The position numbers and the translations under genes are program-made. Below, piece after piece: positions 1-10,922 of a stretch of 35,391 bases of DNA (positions are counted from its first letter, which is position 1; the number at the start of each line of letters is the position of its first letter). The notes below the pieces were generated by a model. It saw nothing but the letters and a program-made list of their open reading frames with translations. It did not search any database and was not told the DNA's origin. The stretch lies in assembly GCA_963827655.1 (NCBI GenBank), contig CAWHCF010000039.1:1-35391 (forward strand). Direction: 5' to 3'. The DNA comes from an uncultured Acidobacteriota bacterium. Lineage in GTDB: Bacteria; Acidobacteriota; UBA6911.

Positions 1-2
1 GC

Positions 3-179
3 CGTATTTGGGTGCGCGATCACGACGTCGGCTTCGACATGAAGTATCACGACCGAATCTTCGAGATCTTTCAATATCTCCATCCTATGGAGGATCATTC
101 TGGCACGGACGGCGGCCGGTTATGGGCCGAGAGCGCCCCGTTCCGAGGCGTCGGATTCTACCTGGAAGTTCCGAGTTGA
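3..179 (+). pseudogene. 3' end of a degenerate histidine-kinase HATPase domain (5'-partial, not in ORF track)
   Basis: Frame from base 3 reads RIWVRDHDVGFDMKYHDRIFEIFQYLHPMEDHSGTDGGRLWAESAPFRGVGFYLEVPS*. This matches the tail of phytochrome/Cph1-type kinases (VRDNGIGFDMKY..IF..FQRLH...GTGIGLAI....GGR.WAES..G.G.TFY), but G1 is altered and the G2 box segment is missing. Confidence 0.75.
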
Positions 180-219
180 GGCCACATCCGGCGCGGCGAG
201 TACGATTCAGGAGGTCCAT

Positions 220-645
220 ATGAACGGTGCGGTAAAACCCATCTTGCTTGTCGAAGACAACCCTATTGACCTCGACCTGACCAAGCGGGCGTTCTCGCGG
301 CATAAGTTAGTGAACCGGATCGAGGTGGCGCGCGACGGCGAAGAGGCGCTCGCCTTCATTCCCCGGTGGGAGGCCGGCGAGGCTGTCCCGGTTCTGATTC
401 TGCTCGACCTGAAGCTGCCCAAAATCGATGGACTGGAGGTCTTACGCCGGCTCAAAAGCCATCCGAAATATCGCACGATTCCAGTCATCGTTCTGACAAC
501 CTCTGCCGAAGTTCGCGACATTCAGGAGGCTTATGAACTAGGGGGCAACTCCTATATCGTCAAGCCGGTTGATTTCGACAAGTTCGTGGATGTGGCGTCT
601 CAAATCGAAATCTACTGGTGCGCTTTGAACACCCAGCCGAGGTAG
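220..645 (+). CDS. Single-domain response regulator (CheY-like, Rcp1 type)
   Basis: ILLVEDN, LLDLKLPKIDG, VLTTS, NSYIVKPVDF and C-terminal YW motifs; AGGAGG RBS just upstream. Confidence 0.93.
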   Translation: MNGAVKPILLVEDNPIDLDLTKRAFSRHKLVNRIEVARDGEEALAFIPRWEAGEAVPVLILLDLKLPKIDGLEVLRRLKSHPKYRTIPVIVLTTSAEVRDIQEAYELGGNSYIVKPVDFDKFVDVASQIEIYWCALNTQPR

Positions 646-648
646 CGC

Positions 649-3600
649 ATGAAGATTCTGTACGTGGAAGATGACCCGAGTGACGCCGACCTTGCCCGGC
701 GCCAGCTGCGCAAGATGGCGCCGCATTTCCAGCTGGAAACGGTCGCCACGATGCGTGAGGCGGTTGCCAGGCTGGAGCGTCTGGAGGCAGAACCACTGGA
801 GCTGGTGCTGACCGACATGAGATTGCCGGACGGCGACGGGCTCGCGTTGCTGACATTTATCCGTGACCGGGCGCTTCCGCTGGCCGTGGTCGTCATCACC
901 GGCGCGGGTGACGAAGAGACGGCCGTCGCCGCGCTCAAGTCCGGCGCCGAAGACTACGTGGTCAAGCGCAAGAACTACCTGGAGCAGCTGCCGCTGACCT
1001 TGGAGAGCGCGTTCCAGAGCTACAGCGCCGAGGCCGCCCGCCGCTCCCGGCCTTTAAAGGTGCTCTATGCGGAACACCACGCGGCGGATATAGATCTCAC
1101 GCGACGCCATTTCGCCCGGCATGCGCCGAACTTGCAACTTGATGTCGTCGTCACCGGGCCCGAGGTGCTCCGGCGGCTGCGGCAGCCAACCGATCACAAC
1201 GGATATGATGTCGTCCTGCTCGATTACCGTCTGCCGGGACTCAACGCCCTGGAGCTGCTCAAGGATTTACGCCAGCCCGATAAGCCGGAAGTCCCGGTCG
1301 TGCTGGTCACAGGCCACGGTGACGAGGAAATCGCCCTCCAGGCGATCAAGCTGGGCGCGTCCAGTTACGTGGTCAAAAACCCCGGTTATTTATATCAACT
1401 CCCGGGCGAGCTCGAAAACGCGGTTTTCCGCGCCGAGTTGATACGCAGGGAGGAGGCGCTGCGGGAGAGGCGGCGGCGCTATCAGCTGGCGACGGCTGCC
1501 GGAGGCGTAGGCGTCTGGGATTGGCATCTCAAAACCAACAAGATCTACCTCGACTCTTCCCTGAAGACGCTCCTGGGCTACCAGGATGACGAGATCAGCA
1601 ATCAAGTCGACGACTGGGGGCTACTCGTGCATCCGGCGGACGCCGACCGCGTGATGAAAGTCGCTCAGGCTTACCTCTCCGGCGCGATTCCACAGTACGA
1701 AATCGAACACCGGGTATTCCACAAGGACGGCAGCCTGCGCTGGTTCCTCGCCCGCGGCACTGCGCTGCGCGACGAAGACGGGACGCCTTACCGCCTGATC
1801 GGGACCGACACCGACATTACAGAGAAGCGAAAGGTGGAGGAGGCGTTGCGCAACAGCAAGGAGCGATACCGGGCGCTGGTCACCGCCAGCGCGCAGGTTG
1901 TGTGGCGGGCCAACGCCCGAGGCGAAGCGATCCTCGCGAACACTTCCTGGCAGGAGCAGACCGGGCAGAGCAAGGAAGAGATGCTTGGCCACGGATGGCG
2001 CGACGCCATCCATCCGGACGATCGCGACCGCAGCTGGGAGGTCTGGCAGCAAGCCATGCGGGAGGGGAAAGCATTTGAAGACGAGCTTCGGGTAAGAATG
2101 CACGACGGAAGTTACCGATACTTTGATGTTCGAGGCGCCCCGATTTTCGCCAAGGACGGCAGCGTGCGCGAGTGGGTCGGGACCAATGCCGACATCACAG
2201 AGCGCAAGCGGGCCGAAGAGGCATTGCGGGCGACCGAAGCCAGAAACAGCGCCATGCTCAAGGCTATACCCGACCTGATCTTTCTGCTCAGCCGGGACGG
2301 TACCTATCTTGATTGCCACGCGAAAGAGCCAAACCTTTTGCTCCTGCCTTCCGAACAGTTTCTTGGAAAGAATATGCGGGACGTGTTGCCGCCAGAACTG
2401 GCCGACCGGCTGGCTCGCAGTTTCGAGGAGACGATGCAGTCCGGCGAACCCAGCGTGCTGGAGTACTCTTTGCCTATGGATGGAACGAGTCGCGCTTTTG
2501 AGGCCCGCAACGTTCGCTGTAGCAGCGACACCGTCTTGACCGTCGTGCGCGAAATCACCCAGCGCAAACAGGCGGAAGACGCGCTGCGGGAAAGCCAGGC
2601 GCGTTACGAGCTGGCTACAGCGGCGGGGGCGGGTCGGAGTATGGGACTGGAATATCGAGACCGATGAGATTTACGTGGACCCCGAGCTGAAAGCCATCCT
2701 CGGATTTCAGGACCATGAGATACGAAATCACATAGACGACTGGCGACAGCATATCCATCCCGACGACAAAAACTCCGTGATGGCCCGGGCGCAGGCTCAC
2801 GTGGATGGGCAGACTCCCTATTACGAAGTCGAGCACCGCATGCTCCACAAGGACGGCAGCGTCCGCTGGTTTCTTGCACGCGGCACAGCCGTCAGGGGCG
2901 AAGGTGGCCGTGTGTTGCGCATGGTCGGGACCGGTACCGACATCACAGAGCGCAAGCGGGCCGAGGAGGCGGCCCGGATCACCCGGGAGCTGCTCCAATC
3001 GACGATCGACGCTCTGGATGCTCATATTGCCATCCTGGACGAAAACGCCGCGATCATCGCGGTAAACGAGCCCTGGCTGCGTTTCGCGAGAACCAACGGC
3101 TACGTCGGCGCTGACGGTGGAGTGGGCCGGAATTATGTGGAGGTGTGTGATTCGAGCTTTCGACGCGAAGACGCGGAGTCGGTCTTGCAAGGCATTCGCG
3201 CGGTGATGAAGGGCGAGCGCAAAGACTTCCGTTTTGTGTACCAATCCTGTCACGAAACGGAGGAGGCCTGGTTTCAGCTCCGAGTGAACCGGTTCTACAG
3301 TCGAGGAACTCTGCGTCTGGTGCTGGCTCACGAAAACATCACCGAAATCGAGCAAGCCAACGATGCGCTGCGGCAGCTGACGCGACGGCTGCTGCAGTCA
3401 CAGGATGAGGAGCGCAAGCGCATCGCCCGAGAATTGCACGATTCTACGGTGCAGAATCTTGGCGCGCTCATGGCCCACCTGGCGTTCATGCGTAAGCGGG
3501 CTGGCAAGGTGGAGGCTCGGGCCGAGATTCCCATTTCAGAAAGTGTTTCCCTGTGCGAGCAAGTCATCAAGGAGATTCGGACGCTGTCGTACTTGCTCCA

Positions 3601-4057
3601 TCCGCCGCTGCTGGATGAGGTCGGTCTTGCGTCTGCCCTGCAGTGGTATGTCCGGGGGTTTACTCAACGGAGCGGCGTTCAGGTTGAAGTTGCCGTCGTG
3701 CAAGAGATCGGACGGCTGCCCACCGATGTGGAAATGGCTTTGTTTCGCGTCGTGCAGGAAAGCCTGACGAACATTCATCGCCACTCCGGCAGCACCAGCG
3801 CCAACATCCGGCTGACGAGAGAGGGGGACCAGGTGCTGGTGCAGGTGAGGGATCGAGGACGCGGAATGCGCCTGGAATCCTCCGCGGATTCAGGGGACAC
3901 AATCCAAACTATCGGAGTTGGAATTCTCGGCATGCGCGAGCGTCTCAGGCAACTGGGAGGACGGCTGGAAATCGAATCGAGTTACGGGGGGACCACTGTG
4001 ACGGCCATCGTGCCGTTTGCCAGGAGGGCTTATGCCGCGAATTCTGCTGGCGGATGA
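649..4057 (+). CDS. Hybrid sensor kinase REC-REC-(PAS/PAC)x~5-HisKA_3-HATPase; one +1 frameshift near 2625-2629 joins ORFs 649..2667 and 2675..4057
   Basis: Two receiver domains (LTDMRLPD; LLDYRLPG), repeated PAS/PAC motifs (GVWDW, HPDD, DG..RW, DITERK), EERKRIARELHDS H-box, QESLTNIHRH N-box and GVGILGMRER. Removing one G from the G5 run restores AAGRVGVWDWNIETDEIYVDP. Confidence 0.9.
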
Positions 4058-4682
4058 TCACGTCTTGATGCGGCGCGGAATGCGCAGTCTGCTGGAGACC
4101 GAAGAAGACTGGGAGGTCTGCGGCGAAGCGGCAACCGGGCGGGAAGCTGTCGAACTGGCCGTGAACCTGAAGCCCGACATTGCCGTGCTGGATCTTTCCA
4201 TGCCCGAGTTGAATGGACTCGAGGCCGCAAGGGAAATCCAGCAGAAAGTTCCGCAAACGGAAGTTTTGATTTTTACCATGCACGAGACTGAAGAGTTGAT
4301 GCGTGAAGTCCTCGCTTCAGGCGCCCGGGGTTGCGTGCTCAAGACAGACATCGAGCAGCACCTGGTGGCTGCCGTGCGAGCCGTTTTGCAGCACAGCCTC
4401 TATTTTTCTTCAAAGGCGTCTCAAACATTGAAAGGGGTGTTGAATAAGGACGGTGGCGATCCCGCTGCGCCGGACGCGCTGACTGAGCGCGAGCGCGAAA
4501 TCGTGCAACTGCTCGCGCAGGCGAAAAGCAACAAGGAGATTGCTGCCGCTCTGGACATCAGCGTGAGAACCGTCGAGACCCATCGCGCCACCATCATGCG
4601 CAAGCTGGAGATCAACTCCATTGTCGAGCTGGTGCATTATGCGGTGCGCAAGAAGCTTATCGAAATCAAGGATGTGAAGTAA
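4032..4682 (+). CDS. NarL/FixJ-family response regulator (REC + LuxR HTH)
   Basis: RILLADDH, VLDLSMPELNG, LTEREREIVQLLAQAKSNKEIA..L.IS.RTVETHR; AGGAGG RBS before ATG 4032. Confidence 0.95.
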   Translation: MPRILLADDHVLMRRGMRSLLETEEDWEVCGEAATGREAVELAVNLKPDIAVLDLSMPELNGLEAAREIQQKVPQTEVLIFTMHETEELMREVLASGARGCVLKTDIEQHLVAAVRAVLQHSLYFSSKASQTLKGVLNKDGGDPAAPDALTEREREIVQLLAQAKSNKEIAAALDISVRTVETHRATIMRKLEINSIVELVHYAVRKKLIEIKDVK

Positions 4683-5111
4683 AAACCTGCGAGTCCGTGA
4701 GAAGCTGTGAAAAAACTCGGCGAACGGCTCTCGATTGACCGGCAGCCCTTTAACTTTTGTGGCGCGGGTCATCAGAGACGTTGCAAAACTCGCCCGGTTC
4801 ATGTGCGGACGGGCTATCAAGCCCGTCCGGCTCCCTGGTGGCACAAAAGAAGTCCTTAAGGCTAAATCCTCCCGATCACGTTACTTGCGACGGTCTCTGA
4901 TGACCCGTCGCCACACAGCCCTAAGGGCTGGTACGCAAAGCCTTCATTAAGCCTGCTCAAGTGAAATACCGAGCCGTACCGTGAATCCACAGCCAGGATA
5001 GTGGCTCGACTCATTGGCTGTCCGAAATCTTTTTTCCGTAAATACCAAATCGACTCGATTCCAAACCGGAAAGCGCTCGTCTACTCTCGCTCCAGTGGTG
5101 CGAAAGGAAAG

Positions 5112-5687
5112 ATGAGTGAATTGATCGTTATAGGTTTCAGGGAACCACATCGCGGTCTTGAGGTTATGAGTGAATTATGGCGCTTGAGCGAGGGACTGAT
5201 GACCGATCTGGAAGAGGCGGTGGTTCTGTCCTGGAATGCTCAGGGAAAGCTGATTGTGCGCCAGAGCGTGAACCTGTCAACGGGAGAAGGGGTGAGGTGG
5301 GGGCGGTTCTGGGGAGCCTTCATCCGATCGACTCTCCTGTGCGTCCATACGGATCAAATGACGGCTGCGGCTAGGGCCGTAGCGGGCGTGGCCGGCGCGC
5401 TGTCCGACGAATCTGCAACGCATACCAGCGAGATGGATGTTAAATGGTGGGAAGAGGAGATCGGCCTGCCGACCGGGTTCCTTAGAGACGTCGGGGCGAT
5501 AATTCAGCCTGGAGACTCGGCCATATTTGCGCTTCTGCAACACACCGACCCTCTGCTCCTTATCCAGAAAATGCCGAACTATGGGGGAACGCTGCTCCAT
5601 ACAGCGCTCGATGCCAGACAAAATGCCAAGGTGATGGCCTTTCTGGCCGGCTCTGAGCCGCTCAATCCCGTTGCCAGGCGAGAGTGA
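5112..5687 (+). CDS. DUF1269-family membrane protein
   Basis: MSELIVIGF start, GxFWG segment, FLRDVGAIIQPGDSAIFAL and YGGTLLHT.LD motifs typical of DUF1269; AAGGAAA upstream of ATG 5112. Confidence 0.8.
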   Translation: MSELIVIGFREPHRGLEVMSELWRLSEGLMTDLEEAVVLSWNAQGKLIVRQSVNLSTGEGVRWGRFWGAFIRSTLLCVHTDQMTAAARAVAGVAGALSDESATHTSEMDVKWWEEEIGLPTGFLRDVGAIIQPGDSAIFALLQHTDPLLLIQKMPNYGGTLLHTALDARQNAKVMAFLAGSEPLNPVARRE

Positions 5688-5755
5688 GCGCCGTAAAACG
5701 TTAGTCAAAGCCAAGCCGCGACGCGCCCGATCTTTCCAGCCGGCCCCCCCGCCGC

Positions 5756-5790
5756 ACCACGAAGACGCGAAGACACCAAGAAACGCAAAG
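5756..5790 (+). repeat. Octamer-periodic intergenic repeat, single + arm
   Basis: ACCACGAAG-ACGCGAAG-ACACCAAG-AAACGCAAAG; 31/35 identical to the reverse complement of 16130-16164. Confidence 0.85.
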
Positions 5791-5898
5791 CATCAACGAA
5801 GACGCTGGAATTTATTGCCAACTGAGTCGCAGTATTTGCCAGACTCTGGTTGCAGCCGACGGCCGCTTGGTGTAACTAGGTAATTTCTTGTTTCTGGA

Positions 5899-6134
5899 CG
5901 GGTGAGCAAGATCCCGAACGTGATGTCGGTTCCAGCGCCCGAGGTGGAGATTCTGAAGTTCAACCTGGCCGGCCCGTAATGGCCGTAAGACCCTACTGCC
6001 ATACCGACCATTACTGGCAGGTCTATTTCGACACCAACCGACTGATTCGCGAAATTTTGGGCGAAGCGGGATTTCCGGTCCCGGAGCAGCATTTCTCGTT
6101 TCGTGGCACCGCGATGGCAGCACAAGCATCCTGA
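5899..6134 (+). pseudogene. C-terminal remnant of a small MscS mechanosensitive channel (not in ORF track)
   Basis: With one base added near 5976 it reads RVSKIPNVMSVPAPEVEILKFNLAGPVMAVRPYCHTDHYWQVYFDTNRLIREILGEAGFPVPEQH...*, recognisable as an MscS C-terminal domain. An in-frame TAA at 5881 precedes it and no TM region is present. Confidence 0.75.
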
Positions 6135-6204
6135 ATTCCAATTGTCGATCGCCTGTGGTTGAGTAACCCAAGAGCCCTAAGTCCTGTACATGCCGGGAGG
6201 TCCG

Positions 6205-7252
6205 ATGAGGAGATGGTGGGGGGGAGCCGCTGTCATGTTTTGCTCGTGGATGATCCTGACTTCCGAGTGTCGCGCCGATCAGGTGACACTGAAGAACGGG
6301 ACCCAAATCTCGGGCAAGATTGTCAAGAAAGAAGGGGATGACTCTTTCCCTGAAAGCACCCCCGCTCGGGGATATCACGGTTCCGTGGGCCGAGGTGACG
6401 GCCATCACCTCGGATGACCCGGTTACGGTCATCTTTCAAGACGGAAAGTCCGTCCTGGGAAGGCTGACCAGCCGCGACGGTCAGATCGAGGTCAACGGCG
6501 TAACGGCGCCGTTTGCCCAGGTCGGACAGATCCACAGCGCCGAAGAGAAGGCGAGACTCGACAGACTGAAGAACCCGCCCTGGACGGACCTCTGGGCCGG
6601 TTACTTCGACTTTGGGGCGAGTCTCGCCAAGGGAAATGCGGAAAGTTTGACCATCACCACCATCTTCAAAGCCACCCGTGCCACGCTGAACGACAAGACT
6701 TCGGCCTACTTCCACCAGATTTATGGCCGCGCTACGGTAGAGGGCGTGACCGGCACGAATGCCCAGGCCGTGCGCAGTGGCTGGGCTTACGATCGGAACA
6801 TAAGCAAGCAATTGTTTCTTACCCTGTTCAACGACTACGAATATGACCGGTTCCAGGACCTGGACCTGCGTTTCGTGCTGGGCGGCGCCATCGGGTTCAA
6901 GGCCATCGACACCGAGCGCACCAAGCTGGATTTGCTTGCGGGCCCCTCCTACAACCGGGAGAAATTCTCGACCGGTCTCGTGCGTCACGCGGGGGAGGCG
7001 CTGTGGGGGGACGACTGGACTTACAAGTTGACGTCCACGTCGTCGCTCGAACAGTCGTTCCGAATGTTTCACAACCTGGCCCGCCTCGGAGAGTACCGCA
7101 TCAACTTCGATCTCGTCCTGGCCACTACCATGACAAGGTGGCTGGCCTGGCAGGTCAGCGTGAGCGACCGATACCTGAGCGATCCTCTTCCGGGAAGGGT
7201 GGGTAACGACCTGATCTTTACCACCGGCTTGAGGATTAGGTTTGCGCAGTAG
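6205..7252 (+). CDS. DUF481 (YdiY-like) outer-membrane beta-barrel protein; frameshift near 6335-6350
   Basis: GGGAGG RBS, then a signal peptide and ADQVTLKNG.ISGKIVKK (ORF 6190 frame). Continues in the 6320 frame with W.GYFDFGASLAKGN, YEYDRFQDLDLR.V.G and the terminal strand TTGLRIRFAQ. Confidence 0.8.
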
Positions 7253-7279
7253 CGTCCCTGTGGCAGAGTGAGGACAGAT

Positions 7280-8225
7280 ATGATAGGGCTGAAGCTGAAT
7301 CCCAAACGGAAGGTGGACTTCAAGGTTGGCTCCAAGGGCAAGGTGGAGTTCAAGCTCAAGGAGATCATGGTGCCGCCGGGCCGGAAGGTCTCACTCAAGA
7401 AGGACTACGATCCTGATTTCACGGGGGGCTACAAAGACAAAGAGGGGGCGGTCGAGCAGCTTGCGCTCAACGTCGAGCGGCTCGCAGATCTGCAAGAAAA
7501 GCTATATGCGCAGGATACCTACGCCCTGCTGGTGATCTTCCAGGCCCGCGACGCCGCCGGGAAGGATGGCGCCATCAAGCACGTTTTGTCGGGCGTAAAC
7601 CCGCAGGGTTGCCACGTGACCAGCTTCAAGGCGCCGTCGGCGGAGGAACTGGATCACGATTATCTCTGGCGCGCGGCCAGGGCGCTGCCGGCTCGGGGCA
7701 TGATCGGCATCTTCAACCGCTCGTATTACGAGGAAGTGCTCGTGGTGCGTGTGCATCCGGATTTGCTGGAAAAACAAAGACTGCCCGGTCGCACGGGCGG
7801 CGATGACTTCTGGAAGCGCCGGTTCGAGGAAATGAACAACTTTGAAAAGTACCTGGTCGATAATGGCATCGTGGTCCTGAAATTCTTTCTCAACGTCTCG
7901 AAGGAGGAGCAGCGCCAACGCTTCCTGGCCCGCATTGACGAGTCCGGCAAAGAACTGGAAATTCTCCATAGCCGACTGCCGCGAACGGGCCCTTTGGAAC
8001 GACTATCAGGATGCTTACCAGGAAATGCTCAGCCATACAAGCAAGCCGTGGGCCCCGTGGTTTGTAATCCCGGCCGATCACAAGTGGTTCGCAAGGCTGG
8101 CAATCTCGCAGACCATCTGTGCCGCGCTCGAGGCGCTCGACCTCAAGTTTCCCGAAACAACTGAGCAGCGGCGCCGGGAACTCCTGGAAATCAGGAAAGA
8201 GCTGGTGCGCGAAGCCAAGGACTGA
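7280..8225 (+). CDS. ppk2: Polyphosphate kinase 2 family (class III-like, single domain); frameshift near 7945
   Basis: FQARDAAGKDG Walker A, SFKAPSAEELDHDYLWR and IFNRSYYEEVL. Removing one base at gac-gag-(t)-ccg gives DEPAKNWKFS and joins ORF 7935..8225 (APWFVIPADHKWFAR). Confidence 0.92.
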
Positions 8226-8235
8226 CACTATTACC

Positions 8236-8302
8236 TTGTGTCTCTTTGCATCCTCCGGGTTCTTGCGGTTAAACAAGAGTTACTCAAGACCCGAAGACAC
8301 AA
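8236..8302. repeat. Octamer-periodic repeat, degenerate back-to-back pair (- arm then + arm)
   Basis: TTGTGTCTCTTTGCATCCTCCGGGTTCTTGCGGTT, a short spacer, then ACTCAAGACCCGAAGACACAA. Confidence 0.6.
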
Positions 8303-8334
8303 CGCGGCCTGCAGCCGCACCCAAGATCTAACGG

Positions 8335-10847
8335 ATGAATTCCAACGTTTCCGTTACGATGCGTCGCGTTTTTTGGCTCCTCTCGCTCTGCCCGATGATC
8401 GCCACGCTGCAGGCGCAGTCTCCACAACCCGCAAGTCCCAGCCGTCTGCCTCGGCTTCAGCGGAAACCCGAATCGATGCTATTCCGCTTCCGCAGGTTGC
8501 CGAACAGGCCGACGAATTACCCCGGCTGCTGCGCGACATCCGCCGCAGACTGCCTCCACCCGAAGCACTGGCGCGGGCTGAAAGAGAAACCGCCGCGCTC
8601 GATGAGGAGCTGGGCGAAAAGCTTCGTGAAGTGGGCGAACTGACAACCAGTAGCCCGGCCCTGCTGAAACTCCGCGAGCTGGAACGTTACTGGCGACGCA
8701 AACAGAGTTCCATTACGCCGCTCAAGTACGAACTGAATCAACGGCTGAGCTCGCTGAGCCGTGATATCAGTCTGCTGGAAGCACAACAGGCCCGGTGGCA
8801 AGCGACTCTGCAACAGATGGAGGATCCGGCGGCGTTGCCCGCGATTTCCGACAGCATCCGCGCTGTTCTCTCTGACATCCAGTCCGCCCGATCGCAGATT
8901 CAGCAGCATTTCAATGGTTTTGCCCGCGTTCAGAACCGAATCTCGAGGCAGGATCTAGCCGTCTCGGATGTGCTGGAGACGATTGCCACGGTGAAGGAGC
9001 ACTTCTATGACAGGGCCTTTTCAAAGAACAGTCTCCCCCTGTGGGCCGCGCGCTTCCAACCCGAGCCGGACCAGCCGCTAGAAAGCCCTGCGCGCGCTTC
9101 GTTGATACGCGACTATCACGCCTTGCAGGATTTGCCCAGAGTCCGGCTTTACCTGTTTGGTCTCATCGTTCTCCTTCTAGCGGCGCCCCTGATCGCGCGG
9201 AACCTGAAACGGAGGATCAATGTCTGGATCGAGCGCGGGGTCGTCAAGGGAGACGAAGCATGGTTGTTCAAACGCCCGTCTTCGTTGTTATTCCTGCCCG
9301 GGTTGTTCTGCCTTATTCCGTTCTCTTCGAGGTTGCCCTTCGGCATCGTCATTCTGATTAGCATGTTGCTTCTGATTCCGGTCCTGAGGCTCCTGCCGCC
9401 GTTAATCGATCCCCTGTTCAGACCGATGGTCTTCACTCTGGCCGGATTCTATGCGATGAACGGAATAAAGGCGGTCATTCCCATCTCGCCGCTGCTGTCC
9501 CGGGAGCTTACTGCCGCCGTCACGATTGCGGGCATTGCGGTGTTTGCCTGGCTCATCCGTCCGTCGCGTGTCGGCAAGCTGATGGTTGAAAACCGGGGGG
9601 CGCGACATGCCATTCTCGCCATCCGAGTCATGCTGGTCCTGCTGGCCGGTTCACTCCTGGCCAATATCTTCGGCTATGTTGTCTTGGCGAACTTGCTGGG
9701 CCAGGGAACGCTGCTCGGCGCCTACCTGGCTGTGGTCTTCGGCACGGTCATTTGGGTTGCCCGCCGCGCATTTACCGTCCTTCTGAGAACCGAACGGGCC
9801 GGCAGGCTCGCCATCGTGAACCTGCATCGTAGTCTGATAATCCAATGGTTCACGCGCGCCCTGACCGGAGTTCTCTTCGTGATGTGGCTGGCAACGACGC
9901 TGGAGATGTTTGGACTCCGGAACGAGGTCGTCGACGCTATTTACGCCATCCTGAATCACGAGATCGGGATCGGAGCGTTCGCCTTTACCCTTGGCTCGCT
10001 GCTGCTTTTCGTGCTGATTCTGGTGGTGAGCCTCATGATCGCTCGTCTGCTCAGGTTCGTTGTGGAGAAGGAAATCCTGGCCGGCTTTTCACTGCAGCGC
10101 GGGCTGTCGACGCTGATCTCGACGTCGGCCTACTATGCCGTTCTGTTCATGGGATTCATGCTGGCCCTGGCGGCGACCGGAATCGAGCTGAGCAGGTTCA
10201 CGCTGCTGACCGGGGCCCTCGGGGTCGGCATCGGCTTCGGACTGCAAAACATCTTCAACAATTTCGTTTCTGGAATCATTCTGCTCTTTGAGCGACCTGT
10301 GCAGGCCGGGGACACTGTCGACGTTGGCGGCGTCGGTGGTGAAGTCACCCATATTGGTTTGAGGGCGAGCACCATTCGCACCGGCCTGGGAGCCGAAGTG
10401 ATCGTTCCCAACTCCAGTCTTATCTCCAGCCAGGTGATCAACTGGACCCGGTCTGATAACAAACGCAGAGTTGATCTCGAGGTTCGAGTCGCTTATGGCT
10501 CCGATCTTGCCGTGGTCCTGGGTCTGCTCAAGGACGCCGCTGCCGCCCATCCGAAAATTCTTTCGAAGCCGGAGCCTGTCGCGGTCTTCCTGGGGTTCGG
10601 CGAAAAATCACTCAATTTCGAGCTGCGCTTCTGGGTTCCTCATGGCTTGAGCTGGCCGGAACTCCGGAGTGAAGTCGCGGTGACCGTGGCGGCCAAGCTC
10701 CGGGAAGCCCGCATCAACAGTCCAACTGAGCTGCAGGAGTACCCGCCGAGCGGTGGCGGCTCAGCGAAAGAGAGCGAGAAGAAACAGGAGCTCGCCGGTT
10801 CGCCCGATTCACGGATTAGCCAGGCGCGTGGATCGGGGAATTCCTGA
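8335..10847 (+). CDS. Large MscS-family (MscK/MscM-like) mechanosensitive channel; N-terminal frameshift near 8433
   Basis: A signal peptide in the 8335 frame (MRRVFWLLSLCPMIATLQA) shifts into ORF 8238..10847, which has a coiled-coil periplasmic region, many TMs, GALGVGIGFGLQNIFNNFVSGIILLFERPV.GD, IVPNS..I...VINW and V.VAYGSD. Confidence 0.9.
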
Positions 10848-10922
10848 ATTCCAGCCAGGCTGCCCTTCGACGAAGACGCTCCGGGCAGCGGGCGATTACC
10901 CAATCCCTCGAGGTACTTTCTT

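Noticed and set aside
2620-2640. Programmed frameshift or phase variation at the G5 run in the hybrid kinase
   Set aside because: The run is short, there is no slippery heptamer or stimulatory structure, and similar indels occur throughout the window.
8238-8334. ORF-track start of the large MscS
   Set aside because: It begins inside a repeat arm; the real signal peptide is in the 8335 frame, joined by a frameshift.
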